Shown here piece after piece: positions 5,638 through 14,041 of a stretch of 14,451 nt of DNA (positions are counted from its first letter, which is position 1; each line of letters opens with the position of its first letter). This DNA comes from Conexivisphaerales archaeon (lineage in GTDB: Archaea > Thermoproteota > Nitrososphaeria > Conexivisphaerales > DTJL01). The notes beneath the pieces were generated by a model. That model searched no databases, was not told the DNA's origin, and saw only the letters and a program-made list of their open reading frames with translations. The stretch lies in the NCBI GenBank assembly GCA_049509455.1, contig JBEKZX010000036.1, positions 1 to 14,451 of the forward strand, given 5' to 3'. A program made the position numbers and the translations under genes.

Positions 5638-6039
5638 CTATTCTGCAACTGAAAGGAGGCCCTTCACGTTTCGGATGGCATCCTCCCTGTCCAAATAGGT
5701 AACGACTCTGATCGAAGGGGTGCCGGCGATGAGCCCAGAAACCCTCGAATCGGGGCGCCGGAGGCAGATGACCTTCTTCTCCTTGATCACAGCGAACTCC
5801 ACCTCCATCCCTACGCCATGGCTGGGAGTCGATATCTCGGCGACGATGGCGTCAGATGCCTCCAGGGCGTCGAAGTCGCGCTTGGCGACTTGTTCGAAGG
5901 TCAAGCCCCAGCTGGGGTCCCTATCGAGGACCCACTTGGACGTTATGCTGTGGCCTAGCTTCTCTATCACCTCAGCCAGAGCGCTCGCCAGCATTTGGTC
6001 CCTGTTATAGGCGAGCGGAACCGCGAGGTATATCTTCAT
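5638..6039 (-). CDS. Nucleoside 2-deoxyribosyltransferase / DNPH1 (Rcl)-like 2'-deoxynucleotide N-hydrolase
   Basis: MKIYLA (catalytic Tyr position), RDFDALEASDAIVAE, PSHGVGME (nucleophile Glu) and SGLIAG match the Rcl/NDT family pattern. A TATA-like TTTATAT lies on the minus strand at 6078-6072. Confidence 0.85.
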   Translation of the reverse strand: MKIYLAVPLAYNRDQMLASALAEVIEKLGHSITSKWVLDRDPSWGLTFEQVAKRDFDALEASDAIVAEISTPSHGVGMEVEFAVIKEKKVICLRRPDSRVSGLIAGTPSIRVVTYLDREDAIRNVKGLLSVAE

Positions 6040-6589
6040 GACTTTTCGCCGAAAGGGCTTCGCCTTCTCCGATATAAATGGAACATGGGAAGAATGCTCC
6101 GCGAAGGAGGGTGCTTCGACAGCGCCTCAGGACCTCTTCGGCATGGCCTACCGTGTCGTATGCCTGCCATACGTCCAGCACCACCTTCTCCTTTGAAATC
6201 AGGAAGGTGTATCGGTCAGAGAAGCCGTATGCGTTCCTCACGCCGTAGAGGGTGCTAGCTTCGCCATGTGGGTCGTGGCAGAGGGCAAGGGAGAGCCGTC
6301 TGCTGTCCTTCAGGGCTGCTGCTTCGGAAATGACCTCCGTGCTCACGCCGGCCAGCTTGACGCCCAAGGCGGCGAATTCGGCGAGGCGCCGGTCGAAGTC
6401 GACAATTTCGGCAACACAAGTGCTTCCTTGGTTGGTCGGGTAGAAGAAGAGGACCGTGGAGGAGTCCGCGTAGGGAAGCGCCAGCTCGGACGAGATTCCG
6501 CGGACGGTGATGGTGGGCGCGGCATCTCCCCTGGCGAGAGGCAACCCATCGTCGCAGCGGGCCGCGGGCCTTATACGCTCACCTGTCAT
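6005..6589 (-). CDS. BCP/PrxQ-like peroxiredoxin with an atypical active site; start uncertain (ATG 6589 or TTG 6544)
   Basis: GDAAP, VLFFYP-x6-C, GVSTE, YGV, RYTFLI and GHAEEVL follow the BCP/AhpC-TSA pattern. Confidence 0.75.
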   Translation of the reverse strand: MTGERIRPAARCDDGLPLARGDAAPTITVRGISSELALPYADSSTVLFFYPTNQGSTCVAEIVDFDRRLAEFAALGVKLAGVSTEVISEAAALKDSRRLSLALCHDPHGEASTLYGVRNAYGFSDRYTFLISKEKVVLDVWQAYDTVGHAEEVLRRCRSTLLRGAFFPCSIYIGEGEALSAKSHEDIPRGSARL

Positions 6590-6696
6590 TGACTCGGAAG
6601 TAGTTCTAAAAGACAGGCGATCGATGGAGGACGCTCGTGAGAATCGCGCAAGGCAGACGGCTGATCTCACTTGTATACCAGAACCTAGAAGGGCGG

Positions 6697-7317
6697 TCAG
6701 GAGATGACCAGGAAGACGAAGATGAGCTCGTCAAAGAGGACGTGCGAAACCAGGACGGGGAAGAGGTTTCCCAGCCTGTTGAACATATATCCCCAGAAGA
6801 GGCCACCGATGAGCGCCACCAGCATCAGGGAGGAGTTGAAGGTGGAGACGTGAATCAGAGTGTAAAGAGCGCTAGTCAACAGCAGGGCCCTGTTAGGAGA
6901 AACTGTGGTGTCTAGGTGCCGTTGGATGAACCCCCTCCAGTACAGCTCCTCAGTGGGGCCGATGGGGAAGAGCAGGGCGGCCGATATCAAAGTGATGGGC
7001 GTGCTTCCTCGGAGCTGGTACACCCAGTTGACCTGCTGTGAGAAGCCTGGGAAGCCCTTGACGATTTGAAACCCTCCCCAGAAGAAGGCGTAGATGAGCA
7101 GAGCGGATGCGACGCCTATCAGGAGGTCTTTCGCCGTGACCCTGATCTTTATAGAAGAGAATCGGATGAGCGAGAGGGAGAGGAGTATCAGCGCCGACAC
7201 CGTTAGCGTGGGCCAGAAGCCTCCGAGCACGGGGTCGTTGAAGACGAAGAACCAGAGGACGAAGGGCACTGGGAGGGTCAGCACTTCATAGCTGAGCTTC
7301 ATGGTTCTCCGCACCAA
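6697..7317 (-). CDS. CPBP (CAAX protease self-immunity/Abi) family intramembrane glutamic endopeptidase
   Basis: EE-x3-RG motif (TEELYWRG), His in LIHV, and SHVLFD, in a multi-pass hydrophobic protein. The start could be 7317, 7314 (GTG after GGAGG) or 7302. Confidence 0.9.
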   Translation of the reverse strand: MVRRTMKLSYEVLTLPVPFVLWFFVFNDPVLGGFWPTLTVSALILLSLSLIRFSSIKIRVTAKDLLIGVASALLIYAFFWGGFQIVKGFPGFSQQVNWVYQLRGSTPITLISAALLFPIGPTEELYWRGFIQRHLDTTVSPNRALLLTSALYTLIHVSTFNSSLMLVALIGGLFWGYMFNRLGNLFPVLVSHVLFDELIFVFLVIS

Positions 7318-7343
7318 GGTCCTCCGATGCAGTGTTCAATAAA

Positions 7344-8261
7344 CTATCGTGATGAAAAAATTCTCCCTGTCTTCTGGTTGTTCGCAACGGCGGTCCAGTT
7401 CTCCTCAATCGCCGCCATGAACCTCCCTCTCTCGTCCTCAGTCATCTTGGCGAACCTTCCTTGGGCCCTCAAGTAGAGTTCGATGGGCTTCCGTCTATCC
7501 TTGTTGACGAAGGGCAGGCTGGGCGTAGACAGCCTGTAAACGCCGTCTTCCACCTCGTAAACTATCCAAGAGCCGGTCTGGACGGCGAGGCGGCCCACCT
7601 CTATGGTCTTCTCCGAGGAGAACTTCCAACCCGGAGGACAGGGGGCCTGCAGATGGATGTACTTGAAACCTTGAATTCTAGCAGCCTTCCGTAGCTTCTC
7701 CACAAAGTCGAGCGGGAAAGCCAAGCTGGCCGTGGCTACGTACGGTACGTGATGCATCATCATTATGGAGGGGAGGTCCTTCTTGCCCTCCATCTTGCCG
7801 GTGACGGTGGTCGTTGTCCAGGCCCCGATGGGGGTCGAGCTGCTTCGCTGTATCCCCGTGTTCATGTAGGCCTCGTTGTCATAGCAGACGTAGATGATGT
7901 TCGCGTTCCTTTCGGCAGCCCCGCTGAGCGACGCCATGCCTATGTCCGAAGTGGCCCCGTCACCAGCCCATACCAGAACGCTGACGTCCTTGATGCCCCT
8001 CTGCTCCAGCGCCGCAGCTACGCCGGATGCGCTAGATGACGCGGCAGCGAAAGCTATGTTGAGGAGCGGCACGCGGGCTGATGTCTTGGGGAAGGCGCCC
8101 TGGATGATGGTGGCGCAGCCTGCGGGCACCACCATGATGGTCTTTGGCCCCAGCGCCTTCAGAGCGATGCGCAAGCCGATGGAAGCAGGGCAACCGTGGC
8201 ATGAGGGGTTGCCGCCCAGCCAGTATTCCTCGTTGGGAAGGTCTTTGATCTTCAATACCAT
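7344..8261 (-). CDS. porB: 2-oxoacid:ferredoxin oxidoreductase beta subunit (TPP-binding), POR/VOR family
   Basis: CHGC, AGC and PCP cluster cysteines; TPP motif GDG...DNEAYMNTGIQRS. ATG 8261 overlaps the alpha-subunit TAA stop (TAATG). Confidence 0.93.
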   Translation of the reverse strand: MVLKIKDLPNEEYWLGGNPSCHGCPASIGLRIALKALGPKTIMVVPAGCATIIQGAFPKTSARVPLLNIAFAAASSSASGVAAALEQRGIKDVSVLVWAGDGATSDIGMASLSGAAERNANIIYVCYDNEAYMNTGIQRSSSTPIGAWTTTTVTGKMEGKKDLPSIMMMHHVPYVATASLAFPLDFVEKLRKAARIQGFKYIHLQAPCPPGWKFSSEKTIEVGRLAVQTGSWIVYEVEDGVYRLSTPSLPFVNKDRRKPIELYLRAQGRFAKMTEDERGRFMAAIEENWTAVANNQKTGRIFSSR

Positions 8262-9439
8262 TACAGTATCTCCTCCCTGAGGTCGATCCATTCGTCTTGA
8301 CCCTCCTCGACCGACCTCGTGGTGACCAAGATGGCATTCTTGACGTCTTCGACAGTAATGTCTCTGCCGCCCAGCCCGGCGATGAACCCTTTGACGTGAG
8401 GGGGTCTCTTGAGCCCGTAGAGGGCGGAGGTGAGTTCCGCGCGAATAATGCCGCCGAGTCCCAGAGAGATGTCCCTATCTATTACCGCCACGCCCTTGAG
8501 GTTACCTAGGGCTGAGCGCAGAGCATCCTTGGGGAAGGGCCGTAGGACCCTGATCCTCGCCACGCCCGCGTCAATGCCCTGCGACCTCAGTTGGTCGACG
8601 GCCTCCATCGCTTCGCCCGCATGAGCCCCGGCGGCCACTACGGCATACTTGGCATCCTCCATGCGGTAGAGCTCGACTAGCCCGCCGTAGGACCTGCCGA
8701 AAGCCTTCTGGAACTTCCTGTCCACCTCGACTATCTTGCTCTCGGCCTTCTTCATCGCCTCTTCGGCGAGGTAACGGAACTCCATGTTCCATTCGGGGTA
8801 GGTCAAGTTCCCCATGGTCTTAGGCTCGTCAGTGTCTAGGAGGAAGCCTGGGACGCGATTCTTCGGGAGGAAGAAATCGACCGCCTCCTGCTCGGGGACG
8901 TCGACGGGTACGGCTGTATGCGACACGATGAAGGCGTCGAGTCCGATCATGGTCGGCAGCAGGATGTCCGGGTCCTCCGCGATCATGTAGGCTTGGATGA
9001 CGCTGTCGAGCGCCTCTTGGTTGGTTTGAACCATCAAGGTGATCCAGCCCGTGTCCCTCTGGGCTAGGATGTCCGTGTGCTCCGACCATATCCCCCACGG
9101 AGGGCCGATGGACCGCGTTATCACGGCCATGACCATGGGAAGCCGCGCATAGCCGGCCCAGAAGACCATCTCGTTCATGAACAAGAGGCCATGAGAGGAG
9201 GTCGCCGTGAAACAGCGTGCTCCGGCGGACGCCCCGCCGATGCAGGCAGCCAGGGCGCTATGCTCTGATTCGACCCTCACCAGCTTGGCCCTGAGTCTGT
9301 CGGTGTCAACCAGCTCTGACAGCTTCTCTACTACGGAGGTCTGAGGTGTGATGGGATAGGCGGAGACGAGCTCCACCCTGGAAAGCGCCGCGCCATACGC
9401 TATAGCGTAGTTCCCCGACATGACCTTGTACTTCGGCAA
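8261..9439 (-). CDS. porA: 2-oxoacid:ferredoxin oxidoreductase alpha subunit
   Basis: Motifs AYPITPQT, VESEHSA, TATSSHGL, RDTGW and GLGGRD. Confidence 0.95.
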   Translation of the reverse strand: MPKYKVMSGNYAIAYGAALSRVELVSAYPITPQTSVVEKLSELVDTDRLRAKLVRVESEHSALAACIGGASAGARCFTATSSHGLLFMNEMVFWAGYARLPMVMAVITRSIGPPWGIWSEHTDILAQRDTGWITLMVQTNQEALDSVIQAYMIAEDPDILLPTMIGLDAFIVSHTAVPVDVPEQEAVDFFLPKNRVPGFLLDTDEPKTMGNLTYPEWNMEFRYLAEEAMKKAESKIVEVDRKFQKAFGRSYGGLVELYRMEDAKYAVVAAGAHAGEAMEAVDQLRSQGIDAGVARIRVLRPFPKDALRSALGNLKGVAVIDRDISLGLGGIIRAELTSALYGLKRPPHVKGFIAGLGGRDITVEDVKNAILVTTRSVEEGQDEWIDLREEIL

Positions 9440-9442
9440 TTC

Positions 9443-9703
9443 TTATCCCTCCTTGACCATCGTTATCGCCTTGGGCGGGCACTCGTTCATGCAGATGCCG
9501 CAGCCCTTGCAGTACTGGTAGTCGATATAAACGACCTTCTCGCCGCGCAGAATAGAGCCCTCGGGGCAGTACATCCAACAGAAGAGGCAGTTGATACACT
9601 TCGCCTCGTCGAGAACGGGCCTCTCCGTCCTCCAGCTGCTGGTGTCGCCACCCGAGCCGAGCATCGGCGTCGAGAACGGGACGGCCTTAATCTTCAGTGT
9701 CAA
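9443..9703 (-). CDS. porD: 2-oxoacid:ferredoxin oxidoreductase delta subunit (2x[4Fe-4S])
   Basis: WRTERPV followed by two ferredoxin motifs, CINCLFCWMYCP and CKGCGICMNECP. Confidence 0.95.
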   Translation of the reverse strand: MTLKIKAVPFSTPMLGSGGDTSSWRTERPVLDEAKCINCLFCWMYCPEGSILRGEKVVYIDYQYCKGCGICMNECPPKAITMVKEG

Positions 9704-10266
9704 ATGGTTCTCGTCACATCCAAGAGCGCGAGATCGTAGGCCGTCCGCAGGGCGCTACAATTCTTCTCGCCCACCTCGCCCTTCCATGTGTCGGCGGTGG
9801 CCTGAAGCGCCGACTCCAACGAGGCCACACCGGTGGCCCTGATAACGGCGCCCACCATCGAAGCGTTGACGAAGGGAAAGCCGGATATCACGAGCCCATT
9901 ATCCAGAGCAATCTTCGTCGCGTCGACGGTCAGCACCCGGAACTTCCCGTCCGGAGACTCTGGGGCGTGAGAGGCGTTGAGGATGAGGAGACCGCCTTCC
10001 TTGAGTCCTGCCGTGACGTCCATGGTCTTCATCAGGTTGGACTCGAAGACGGCCACGACATCGGGGTCGCTGGACTGCCCGTGGATTAGCACGGGAGAGT
10101 CGGAGATGCGGACTGTCGCAGAGACCGTCGCTCCCCTCCTCTCAGCTCCGAAATACGGGGTGCTTTGCCCCCACTTCCCTTCGCGAAGGACGGCGTTGAC
10201 GATGAGCTCAGCGGCGGTGACGATCCCCTGACCGCCCCGCCCATAGAGCCGGATTTCAAGCAGCAA
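9700..10266 (-). CDS. porG: 2-oxoacid:ferredoxin oxidoreductase gamma subunit
   Basis: Motifs EIRLYGRGGQG, FGAERRGA, VDATKIA and NASMVGA. Confidence 0.95.
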   Translation of the reverse strand: MLLEIRLYGRGGQGIVTAAELIVNAVLREGKWGQSTPYFGAERRGATVSATVRISDSPVLIHGQSSDPDVVAVFESNLMKTMDVTAGLKEGGLLILNASHAPESPDGKFRVLTVDATKIALDNGLVISGFPFVNASMVGAVIRATGVASLESALQATADTWKGEVGEKNCSALRTAYDLALLDVTRTI

Positions 10267-10288
10267 TCCGCGTTACCTGTCCCATGAG

Positions 10289-10316
10289 GCGCTGATGGAT
10301 ATATAAGCCCTCCAGG
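10289..10316 (-). promoter_or_regulatory. TATA box of the oxidoreductase operon with an adjacent imperfect palindrome
   Basis: TTATATAT at 10296-10289 ends 22 nt before the TTG at 10266 (leaderless spacing). CCTCC-N8-GGAGG at 10299-10316 covers the BRE position. Confidence 0.6.
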
Positions 10317-10397
10317 AATCCGGAGGAATACATACGAAGCTTAGCTTGAACTGACACCACATGTCGAATTTATAGATGGGTGTCCCGCCGACCCCTG

Positions 10398-10670
10398 TCA
10401 GTGTCCGAAAGTGATCTCCGCCGGTTCGAAGTCCTGAAGCCTTCGATGATTGTACTCGTCGTAGGCGCTCAGATCGAGAAGGCCTTGGCCGCTCTGATTG
10501 AAGAAGATGGTCTTTTTCTCTCCCGTCCTCTTGCATTCCAAAGCTTCGTCGATGGCTAGCCTAATGGCATGCGAGGACTCCGGGATTGGGATGATGCCCG
10601 TGACCGATGCGAAGAGGCTTCCCGCTTCGAAGAATTCCGTCTGATGCACAGCCTTCGACTCGAGGCTAGT
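10398..10670 (-). pseudogene. trpB2: C-terminal remnant of a TrpB2 (tryptophan synthase beta-2 type) gene
   Basis: LESKAVHQTEFFEAGSLFASVTGIIPIPESSHAIRLAIDEALECKRTGEKKTIFFNQSGQGLLDLSAY matches the TrpB2 C-terminus as I recall it (PAPESxHAI...FNLSGHGLLDL). Only about 90 codons remain, and the PLP-binding Lys region is absent. Confidence 0.85.
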
Positions 10671-10712
10671 GGCGGAACAAGCATGTCGATTACATGGTGA
10701 CGTCCTCCGGCA

Positions 10713-11564
10713 TCATCCTGAAATGAGGGACCTGAACAGCAGTAGTATGTTCCTTCTCCTCTCTTTCATCCGCCTCATCCCATAAGGCAACCAGTTGGCG
10801 CCATACGGGAGGTATACGGAGAGGCGGTAGCCGTCACCGAGGAGCTTTCTTCCCAGCTCCTCTCTAACCCCTCTGAGCATCTGGAACTCGAAGCTGGAGC
10901 GGTCGCCGCCTGCAAGGGACTTCGCCTCGTCTTGGAGCTCGGCGTCATGAGTCGCGACGGCGAAGAACGCCTTCTGGGCGAAGAGCTTCTTCATCATCTC
11001 GCTATAGTTGTCCTTCACCTCCTTCTTGTCCTTGAACGCGACGGAAGCGGGCTCGTTGTAGGCGCCCTTGCAGAGCCTGATCTGTCCGCCCTCCTTGACC
11101 AGACGGTCGATATCGCCGGAGGTGCGCCGGAGGTACGCCTGTATGGCTATCCCCATTCGGTCATAGTCCTTGATCTCCTTCAGATAGAGCTCTATCGTCT
11201 GCTCGGTGTAGGGAGAGCCTTCCATGTCGACCCAGAGGTACGTGCCGGATTTCCTGGCCCGGTCCACTATCCTGTGGAGGTTCCCCTCGGCTCGCTCGAG
11301 GCCCATGGTCAGGCCCAGCTGGGTCAGCTTGACGGAAACGCAGCCGTCGACCTTGTTCCGGTCCATCTGGTCGAAGATGGAAAGGTACTCGATCATGGTC
11401 TGCTCCAGCTCCTTTTCGTCCTTGATCTCCTCTCCCAAGAAGTTGACGATGACCTTGAAACCACGGCTATTCATCTCCTTGGCGGTGGTCATGGCGTCTT
11501 CCAGATTGGCCCCCGCGATGAAATGCTTGGCGATGGGGAAGAAGAGGCTGTCAATAAGACCCAA
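10713..11564 (-). CDS. Monofunctional proline dehydrogenase (FAD-dependent)
   Basis: Motifs FIAG, LGEE, SVKLTQLG, VDMEGS, RLCKGAY, VATHD, FQMLRG, YLPYG and RRMKER. Confidence 0.95.
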   Translation of the reverse strand: MGLIDSLFFPIAKHFIAGANLEDAMTTAKEMNSRGFKVIVNFLGEEIKDEKELEQTMIEYLSIFDQMDRNKVDGCVSVKLTQLGLTMGLERAEGNLHRIVDRARKSGTYLWVDMEGSPYTEQTIELYLKEIKDYDRMGIAIQAYLRRTSGDIDRLVKEGGQIRLCKGAYNEPASVAFKDKKEVKDNYSEMMKKLFAQKAFFAVATHDAELQDEAKSLAGGDRSSFEFQMLRGVREELGRKLLGDGYRLSVYLPYGANWLPYGMRRMKERRRNILLLFRSLISG

Positions 11565-11710
11565 CTTGCTTCACTGGGTTCATCGACCTAGCTGTAGCTA
11601 GAAATACTTTGCTCGACGGAGAGAGACGAGAAGATTCTGAACGGGTTACAAGGCACTATTTAACCCAGTGACAATCCTGACAGAAATTCACGTCAACCGT
11701 TGCGCGGCGG

Positions 11711-11724
11711 GGAAAGGTTATTAT
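11711..11724 (+). promoter_or_regulatory. BRE/TATA of the Lrp/AsnC gene
   Basis: GGAAAG followed by TTATTAT (11718-11724), ending 21 nt before ATG 11746. Confidence 0.55.
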
Positions 11725-11745
11725 GGGATTTCACTGCATATTGCA

Positions 11746-12276
11746 ATGGCGACGGTGTTGGATAAGAAACACTTGGACAAGACTGAATTGGGCATCCTCC
11801 GAGTGCTTATCGACAATTCACGCGAGACCCTTTCGGCAATCTCCGAGAAGACAGAGACGCCGCTGAGCACGGTCAGGAACAAGTTCAACGGGCTTGCATC
11901 CAAGGGCGTCATAAAGGGATTCACTGCATTCTTGGACGTCAGGAAGATGGGGATGGTGGGCGCCGTCTTCCTAATCAGATGCGGGAGAAACTATGACAAG
12001 GTGGTTGACGCGGTGAAATCGCATCCCAACGTCGGGTGGGTCATGGAGCTGGTGGGGGAATACGACATCATCGGCGACGCGCTTTTCATGGAGATGGATG
12101 AGATCTCTGGCTTTAAGGAATGGCTCATGAAACACGATGGAGTCATGGACGTCAGGATGGAGGTGCTGAAGAACTGGGTATCGGCCCCCAAGTTCCCCAA
12201 GAGTCTTATCGACCAGTATCAGGATACATACTACGTCAGCCCGGCCCCGCTGGCGACGGAAGGCAAGCCTCAGTAG
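11746..12276 (+). CDS. Lrp/AsnC family transcriptional regulator
   Basis: N-terminal HTH (LDKTELGILRVLIDNSRETLSAISEKTETPLSTVRNKFNGLASKGVIKGF) and a C-terminal RAM domain (ELVGEYDII). The probable start is ATG 11746. Confidence 0.92.
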   Translation: MATVLDKKHLDKTELGILRVLIDNSRETLSAISEKTETPLSTVRNKFNGLASKGVIKGFTAFLDVRKMGMVGAVFLIRCGRNYDKVVDAVKSHPNVGWVMELVGEYDIIGDALFMEMDEISGFKEWLMKHDGVMDVRMEVLKNWVSAPKFPKSLIDQYQDTYYVSPAPLATEGKPQ

Positions 12277-12277
12277 C

Positions 12278-12658
12278 CTAGGACAGCTTACCCGTCATCA
12301 TGTAGGTCCCCAAGGCCTTAGCTACGAGCTGGCCGCTTTCGTCAGTCACTTCACATTGGACGAAGGCGAGGTGCTCACCCATCTTGTCGACCTTTGATGT
12401 CGCCGTCAGTATCCCTCTTCTGGCTGGCCGGACGAAGTCTATCTTGAACTCGACTGTGAGCAGCGGCCTCTGCGCCGCCACCAGGCAAGCAAGACCCATT
12501 GAGTTGTCCACGAGGGTGGCGATGGCGCCACCGTGTGCTAGCCCCAGCTGGTTCAAGTGCTTCTGCTCCAGCGGGAGAGTCACGACCACCTTGTCACCGA
12601 CGACGTTGTATCCCTTAAGGCCCACGAAGACAGCGAAGTTCGAAGGTTGGTCTGTCAT
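12278..12658 (-). CDS. PaaI family hotdog-fold acyl-CoA thioesterase
   Basis: NQLGLAHGGAIATLVD and TVEFKIDFVRP motifs. Confidence 0.92.
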   Translation of the reverse strand: MTDQPSNFAVFVGLKGYNVVGDKVVVTLPLEQKHLNQLGLAHGGAIATLVDNSMGLACLVAAQRPLLTVEFKIDFVRPARRGILTATSKVDKMGEHLAFVQCEVTDESGQLVAKALGTYMMTGKLS

Positions 12659-12746
12659 GAGATTACGAAGTCTTGCCCAATTAGCCTAGAATAAAAGTAT
12701 ATGCGGAATCCGATCCTCGGGTTTCGGCGCTAGCACATGAGTAACG

Positions 12747-12773
12747 TATGTGGTTCTTGAAAACCATATATAT
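12747..12773 (+). promoter_or_regulatory. Promoter of the acyl-CoA dehydrogenase/ETF operon overlapped by an inverted repeat
   Basis: GAAAAC (BRE-like) followed by ATATATAT at 12766-12773, 24 nt before ATG 12798. The inverted repeat TATGTGGTT-N6-AACCATATA spans 12747-12770. Confidence 0.6.
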
Positions 12774-12797
12774 CGTCAGGGCGCAAAAAGATGAGTC

Positions 12798-14009
12798 ATG
12801 GTATTCCCGCTGGGCGAGCTGGGGGACTACGAAATCAAGTTTAAACCAGAACACGAGATGTTCAGGAAGTTCATCAGGGAGTTCTTCGAGAAAGAGGTGG
12901 AGCCTAGAGTCTCGGAGATTGAAGAGAACGACGCGGTACCCGCCGACCTTTTGAAGAAGATGGGCGAGATGGGCTTTCAGGGAATTGCCGTCCCCCAGGA
13001 GTACGGAGGTCAGGGAGGCGACCAGATCTCCATGGCCATCTTCTCTGAAGAAGCGGGGCGCACCTACCCTGCCATAATGACGATCGTCGGCGTCAACGGG
13101 CTGTTCACCATCCCCATTCTCCTGTTCGGCACGGAAGAGCAGAAGAGGAAGTACCTCCCGCCCGTCGCTAGGGGAGAGAAGCATTCCGCCCATGCCACCA
13201 GCGAAGCAGGGGCAGGGAGCGACGTGGCCGGCGTGCAGACGAAGGCCGAGAGGCGGGGGGATAAATGGGTCCTCAACGGAAGGAAGGCTTTCATCAGTGG
13301 CGGTGACATAGCCGATTACTTCCTAGTCCTCGCTAGGACAAGCCCTCCTCCGAGCAGGAAGGAGCGCTGGAAGGGTCTCACGTTCTTCATCGTGGAGAAG
13401 GACATGCCCGGATTCTCCGTCGCTAAGAATATGAAGAAGTCAGGCCTGAAGGGGAGCTCCATCGTGGAGCTGCAGCTGGACAACGTCGAGGTCCCGGATT
13501 CCAACAGGTTGGGGGATGAAGGTGAAGGGTTCAAGATAGCCATGGAGACATTCGACCATGGAAGGATCGGGGTAGCTGCACAGGCGCTGGGGATAGCCCA
13601 AGCCGCTTTCGAGAAGAGCCTGAACTACGCTATGCAGAGGAGCACCTTCGACAGGCTGCTCATCCAGCAACAGGCCATCGACGACTACCTTGCCGAAATG
13701 CTGATGAAGCTGGTCACTTCCCGTCAGCTGGTGTATTGGGCGTCGTACCTAGCCGACTCCGGGAGGAAGGAGTACCTCATCGCCGCCTCCCTAGCAAAGG
13801 CCTACGCCACCGAAGCGGCCGAGTTCTGCGCGCTCAAGGCGATAAGCATCCATGGAGGAGTTGGGGTCGTTGTCGACTCACACATCGAGAGGATGCTGCG
13901 CGATGTTGAGATCACTAAGATATACGAAGGTTCGAATGAGATACAGCGGCTAGTCATTATCAGGCAGCTCATTAGGCAGACGATGGGCTTCGACCCGATG
14001 GGAATGTAA
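12798..14009 (+). CDS. Acyl-CoA dehydrogenase (short/medium/branched-chain type)
   Basis: TSEAGAGSD, LNGRKAFISGG, GEGFKIAM, GRIGVAAQALG and HGGVG motifs; the catalytic Glu lies in IYEGSNEIQ. Confidence 0.96.
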   Translation: MVFPLGELGDYEIKFKPEHEMFRKFIREFFEKEVEPRVSEIEENDAVPADLLKKMGEMGFQGIAVPQEYGGQGGDQISMAIFSEEAGRTYPAIMTIVGVNGLFTIPILLFGTEEQKRKYLPPVARGEKHSAHATSEAGAGSDVAGVQTKAERRGDKWVLNGRKAFISGGDIADYFLVLARTSPPPSRKERWKGLTFFIVEKDMPGFSVAKNMKKSGLKGSSIVELQLDNVEVPDSNRLGDEGEGFKIAMETFDHGRIGVAAQALGIAQAAFEKSLNYAMQRSTFDRLLIQQQAIDDYLAEMLMKLVTSRQLVYWASYLADSGRKEYLIAASLAKAYATEAAEFCALKAISIHGGVGVVVDSHIERMLRDVEITKIYEGSNEIQRLVIIRQLIRQTMGFDPMGM

Positions 14010-14041
14010 GAGTTTAGAGCTATTGGAAGGTTCCATCCCCC

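Noticed and set aside
10273-10536. 87-aa minus-strand ORF
   Set aside because: It is an alternative frame over the trpB2 remnant and the porG promoter, with no motifs.
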